Positions 25,434-29,253 of a stretch of DNA of 29,253 bases are shown here, one piece after another. The number at the start of each line of letters is the position of its first letter. The stretch's first letter is position 1. The position numbers were made by a program, and so were the translations under genes. The stretch is from a virus (Duplodnaviria > Caudoviricetes): positions 1 to 29,253 of the IMG/VR virus record IMGVR_UViG_3300043120_000165. One strand, given 5' to 3'. The notes beneath the pieces were generated by a model. The model saw only the letters and a list, made by a program, of their open reading frames with translations. It was not told the DNA's origin and made no database searches.

Positions 25434-26798
25434 TTAAGCCGTTTTTAAAGAAAGCAATGTGATGGTTTCAACGTGTGCTGTATATGGGAACATGTCAAAT
25501 GGTGTTATCGATTTGATATCGTATTTTGACACCAATAGATTTAAATCTTTTGCAAGTGTGCTTGGATTACAAGACACATAAATGATCTTCTTTGGTGCAT
25601 GTTTTAACAAGAACTCACATAATCTTTCACCTAGACCAGTTCTTGGTGGGTCAAATACGATCGCATCTGGTGTGATGTTTTTTTGTTTCAAGACCGTCAT
25701 GACATCGCCTTTCAATAGGTCGATGTTTTTTTGATTGTTTTGAATAATGGTATCTTTCGCACTTTGTAAGGATGCTTCTACCGATTCAATGGCATAAACC
25801 CTTTTAACATGTGGGGCGATGTATTGTGCGATTGGTGCAATCCCACTATATCCATCGACAACGATATCTGTCTTTTTAAAATCTCCTAATTCAATGATTT
25901 TTTCATACAGTTGGTGTGCTTGTTTCGTATTAAGCTGGAAGAATGCGTCTGGCTTTAATGAGAATACAACATCATTTAAGACTTCGTTGATGGTTTCTTT
26001 ACCAGCGACCAATTCTTGTTTTTTAGTAAAGAACTCACGTGATTTTAAATCATCGTTAATGACCGCATATACGGATACGATTTCTCTGAACTTTTCAACC
26101 AAATATAACCCAAGTTTTTCAACTGCTTCATCATGTTCTTTTAAAATAAAAGTGACTTGTATCTCATTGGTTGCAAGTGCTTTTCTGATGATGATGAATC
26201 GCACTGTGCCTGATCTAGATGTATTGTTATAGGCAAGCATTTTACGTTTATCCATTTGATTTAGAATCAATGTATAAAACTTATTGATGTCACTTTCTTG
26301 AATTGGACAGTCATTGATTTCAACCAAGTGGTTTGAATTTGGTTTATACATACCGATGATGTTTTTTTCGTGCTTATATTGTAACGGCAAGGACGCCTTA
26401 TTACGGTAATGCGTTTTGTCTGGAGAGGCAACGGTGTTCTTGATTTGTTTTAAATCGAACGGTACCTTTAAATAACGCTTCAATGCTTGTATGATTAAAT
26501 CCCTTTTAACATAAAGGGTTTCTTTGTATTCTAAATGTTGAAGTTGACAACCACCACATTCGTGATAAACTGGACAAAATGGTTCAGCTCTTTTCGGATG
26601 TTTGGTTAGGATATTAATCAATTTTGCTTGATAATATGTGCCTTTATCTTCTAATATTTCCACATCAACGAGTTCTGTTGGTAAGGCAAAATCCACGAAT
26701 ACTGCTTTTTTCTCGTGATAGCCAATCCCTTCACCATTGATGCCTAATCTCTTAATTTCTATTTGTACGTTTGAACCTACTTTTAAACTATTTTCCAT
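25434..26798 (-). CDS. rlmD: 23S rRNA (uracil-C5) methyltransferase RlmD
   Basis: TRAM domain, CPVYHECGGCQ Fe-S motif, YRNK, AFFQLN, DPPRTG, YVSCNPST and DMFPYTAHVE. Confidence 0.96.
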   Translation of the reverse strand: MENSLKVGSNVQIEIKRLGINGEGIGYHEKKAVFVDFALPTELVDVEILEDKGTYYQAKLINILTKHPKRAEPFCPVYHECGGCQLQHLEYKETLYVKRDLIIQALKRYLKVPFDLKQIKNTVASPDKTHYRNKASLPLQYKHEKNIIGMYKPNSNHLVEINDCPIQESDINKFYTLILNQMDKRKMLAYNNTSRSGTVRFIIIRKALATNEIQVTFILKEHDEAVEKLGLYLVEKFREIVSVYAVINDDLKSREFFTKKQELVAGKETINEVLNDVVFSLKPDAFFQLNTKQAHQLYEKIIELGDFKKTDIVVDGYSGIAPIAQYIAPHVKRVYAIESVEASLQSAKDTIIQNNQKNIDLLKGDVMTVLKQKNITPDAIVFDPPRTGLGERLCEFLLKHAPKKIIYVSCNPSTLAKDLNLLVSKYDIKSITPFDMFPYTAHVETITLLSLKTA

Positions 26799-26833
26799 AA
26801 TATCACCTATTGAGTATTATATCATTTACCATC

Positions 26834-26861
26834 AAAAAACGCACCCTATTCCGGTGCGTTT
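26834..26861 (-). terminator. Terminator overlapping the epimerase stop codon
   Basis: AAACGCACC-N7-GGTGCGTTT plus a T tract; an extended -10 TGATATAAT for rlmD follows at 26816-26824. Confidence 0.75.
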
Positions 26862-27787
26862 GCCTGATAAGATTTCAAAAATAGAATGGTCTCTGATAAG
26901 GATAAATCAAATGGTTTTAGTGTTTCAACCAAATATTGTTTCATTTTATGGTTGTTGTATCGGTGATTTTCTTGTATGACTTCAAGCTTTTTTAATGAAT
27001 ACTGTTTAAAGTGTGGGATGAGTCTTTTCGCAATAAAGTTTGGCACATATAAGATGAATTTTCTTTGGTTGGTAATCCTGATGATCCGTTTATATAAATC
27101 TTGAATGGATAAATTTGATCCAGATAATATAAATTCGTCATTATATGATTTTAGGGCAGCTGCACATACTGCCTTAGAGACATCTGATGCATCGATAAAG
27201 TTATAGCCGCCTTTGACAGAAAATAATAGTCTTTTCCTTAAAACAGTTCTGATTTCACGGCTAATTGGTCCATTTTTATAATCGTTTGGGCCGATGATGG
27301 CAGACGGATATAAAATCATCCCAGATAATCCTGCTTTAATTAGACTTCTGACATAAAGGGTAGCTTCTAGTTTCGTACTGGCATAAAAGTCAGTTGGGTC
27401 ATCCTCGATGAGTTCCACTGGTTCTTCGATTAAACCCTCTTTATTTTTTTTAATGATATCTGTTGTACTGATGTAAATGAGTCTTGCGCCAGTATAACGA
27501 CATCTCTCGGCAACCATTTTCGTGGTTAACACATTGGATTCATATGATTTTTCTTTCTCTAGATTATGTAGGTCGATATAACCTGCAGCGTGAATAACAA
27601 TGTCACCACGTGATATTTCTGCTTTTAAGAATGCCTCATCCAATAGACTTCCTACCCGCATCAGTGTATTACGCTCAAAAAAAGAAACGGTTTGACGTGT
27701 TAATAGTTTCACTTCATAACCTTCATCTAGTAAATACTTTGTGATGTGATGACCTAAATGGCCACTTGCCCCTGTAACAACAAACAT
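26846..27787 (-). CDS. NAD-dependent epimerase/dehydratase (extended SDR)
   Basis: VTGASGHLG, HAAG, YxxxK (YASTK) and IIGPND. Confidence 0.92.
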   Translation of the reverse strand: MFVVTGASGHLGHHITKYLLDEGYEVKLLTRQTVSFFERNTLMRVGSLLDEAFLKAEISRGDIVIHAAGYIDLHNLEKEKSYESNVLTTKMVAERCRYTGARLIYISTTDIIKKNKEGLIEEPVELIEDDPTDFYASTKLEATLYVRSLIKAGLSGMILYPSAIIGPNDYKNGPISREIRTVLRKRLLFSVKGGYNFIDASDVSKAVCAAALKSYNDEFILSGSNLSIQDLYKRIIRITNQRKFILYVPNFIAKRLIPHFKQYSLKKLEVIQENHRYNNHKMKQYLVETLKPFDLSLSETILFLKSYQANAPE

Positions 27788-27851
27788 TTAACCACACCCT
27801 TGTGTCTTTAGTTATATTTTACCATGTGCTTCAAATAATGCTGGTAAAAAT

Positions 27852-27880
27852 AAAAATCAGATGGGTTTCATCTGATTTTT
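27852..27880. terminator. Intrinsic terminator after ackA
   Basis: AAAAATCAGATG-GGTTT-CATCTGATTTTT, perfect 12-bp arms. Confidence 0.85.
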
Positions 27881-27894
27881 TAATGTATTATTTT

Positions 27895-29070
27895 TTAGTG
27901 AGATAATCTCATGGTGTCTCTAGCAATCATCACTTCTTCATCGGTTGGGATGATATAGACTTTTACCTTCGAATCCGCAGTAGAAATTAATCTTTCGCCT
28001 CTTAATTGGTTTAAAGCATGGTCTAGTTTAACGCCTAGTACACTTAAACGATCAATGATCATTTGACGTAATACTGGTGAGTTTTCACCGATACCAGCTG
28101 TAAAGCAAATGGCATCTAGGCCGCCCATATAAATGTAGTATGAACCAATGTAGTCAGCGATTTGTTTGGCTTGAATATCAAATGCCAATTTAGCTCTTTC
28201 GTTACCCTCAGAAATGGCTTTTTCGATGTCTCTTGCATCATTTGAAATGCCAGAAATACCTAGGTAACCAGACTTTTTGTTTAAGATATCTGTGATTTCT
28301 TGTGCTGTTAAGCCAAGTTTGTTGCCCATGAAGGATGGAATCGCTGGGTCGATTGAACCAGAACGTGTGCCCATTGGGAACCCTTCAAGTGGTGTGAACC
28401 CCATTGAGGTTTCAACACAGTGACCATTTTTAACGGCAGATAATGATGCCCCGTTACCGATGTGACAAACAACGACTTTCGTTTCTGTTGTGCCCATTAA
28501 GGCGTTTGCTTTTTCAGAAACAAATTGATGACTTGTACCGTGGAATCCATATTTACGGATACCAAAGTTCTTGTACCATTCATATGGCGTACCATATAAA
28601 TAAGCATCTGGTGTCATGGTTTGGTGGAATGTTGTATCAAACACTGCGACTTGTGGTACATTTGGTAATACAGCTTTAAACGCTTTAATACCAGTTGCGT
28701 TTGCTGGGTTATGAAGTGGCGCCATTTCACCTAAATCGATGATTTTTTGTAAGACTTGTTCGTCAATTAAGACTGAATCTTTGAAGACTTCTCCGCCTTG
28801 AACGACTCTGTGTCCAACGCCTTCGATTTCGTTAATATCGGAAATGACCTTGTGTTCGATTAACCCTGCTAAGATTAAACTTACACCAACACCGTGGTCT
28901 TTGATTTCTGTTTCGACCACGTGTTTTTCACCATTAAACTTGATGGTAAATAACGCTTTGTCAGAACCGATTCTTTCGACAATACCTGATGTGATTTGTG
29001 TTTCACTCGGCATATCTAGTAATTGAAACTTGATAGATGAGCTACCTGCATTGACAGCCATGATTTTCAT
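27895..29070 (-). CDS. ackA: Acetate kinase
   Basis: NAGSSSIK, GHRVV.GG, APLHNP, FDTTFH, YGFHGTSH, HIGNGAS, FTAGIGEN and PTDEE. Confidence 0.98.
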   Translation of the reverse strand: MKIMAVNAGSSSIKFQLLDMPSETQITSGIVERIGSDKALFTIKFNGEKHVVETEIKDHGVGVSLILAGLIEHKVISDINEIEGVGHRVVQGGEVFKDSVLIDEQVLQKIIDLGEMAPLHNPANATGIKAFKAVLPNVPQVAVFDTTFHQTMTPDAYLYGTPYEWYKNFGIRKYGFHGTSHQFVSEKANALMGTTETKVVVCHIGNGASLSAVKNGHCVETSMGFTPLEGFPMGTRSGSIDPAIPSFMGNKLGLTAQEITDILNKKSGYLGISGISNDARDIEKAISEGNERAKLAFDIQAKQIADYIGSYYIYMGGLDAICFTAGIGENSPVLRQMIIDRLSVLGVKLDHALNQLRGERLISTADSKVKVYIIPTDEEVMIARDTMRLSH

Positions 29071-29253
29071 AATTGATTTCTCCTAATATATACATGTAGG
29101 ACAATCTACATGCTATTTTTTTTAAAACTTAAGTTATTGTCTACTATAATAAACTTATGATGATATCACAGACTAGTTTTCTTTCTCCTTACAGCTTTAG
29201 ACTGGTTATTTAAGGATATAGCTGTGACTTTAATTAAATATGGTAATGAGTTG

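Larger units (their letters stand above)
1..25470. mobile_element. Prophage (HK97-like head module, probable cos packaging) integrated at the 3' end of rlmD; continues beyond the left window edge
   Basis: Ordered portal/protease/terminase/HNH, replication, immunity and serine integrase modules abutting the rlmD stop codon. The right boundary is approximate. Confidence 0.93.

Noticed and set aside
328-29026. Short antisense or nested ORFs in the track (e.g. 328-537, 3956-4207, 5395-5589, 11224-11535, 19764-20153, 21131-21433, 23434-23829, 25819-26232)
   Set aside because: They shadow well-supported genes and show no recognisable motifs; typical antisense-frame artefacts.
1-29253. Genetic code 4, tRNA/rRNA genes, IS elements, reverse transcriptase or DGR
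   Set aside because: Full-length genes end in TGA (hsdR, terS) with ATGA overlaps; no cloverleaf, transposase or RT motifs noticed.
29145-29253. Possible start of a plus-strand gene (GTG at 29224 after AAGGA, TATAAT at 29145) or end of a minus-strand gene
   Set aside because: Too little sequence to decide between the two.

Overview
Positions 1 to about 25470 are one arm of a temperate HK97-like, probably cos-type, prophage integrated into the 3' end of the host rlmD gene by a large serine recombinase. The remainder is host chromosome (rlmD, an NAD-dependent epimerase, ackA) from an AT-rich bacterium that uses TGA as a stop codon; an Acholeplasmatales-like host is my inference. Reading inward from the attachment site: serine integrase plus a small SHOCT-like ORF; a divergent cI/cro-like pair; tyrosine recombinase; BRO antirepressor; HTH/Xis; DUF4373-like initiator with internal 33-bp iterons; ArpU/RinA-like activator; a 6.4-kb defence insert (type I R-M hsdR-hsdM-hsdS plus a NucS-like nuclease with a RAMA-like C-terminus); HTH terS-like gene; ParB-methyltransferase; a self-contained four-gene cassette; SAM synthetase (metK); HNH; a putative cos site flanked by orphan genes; terS, terL, another orphan, portal, prohead protease and the start of the capsid gene. 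The least explained features are non-coding: three families of dispersed conserved cis-elements and a structured, switch-like leader in front of the methyltransferase/metK/packaging operon. The second notable theme is a SAM- and methylation-centred gene set near the predicted virion end. All family assignments come from motif recognition by eye; no searches were run.
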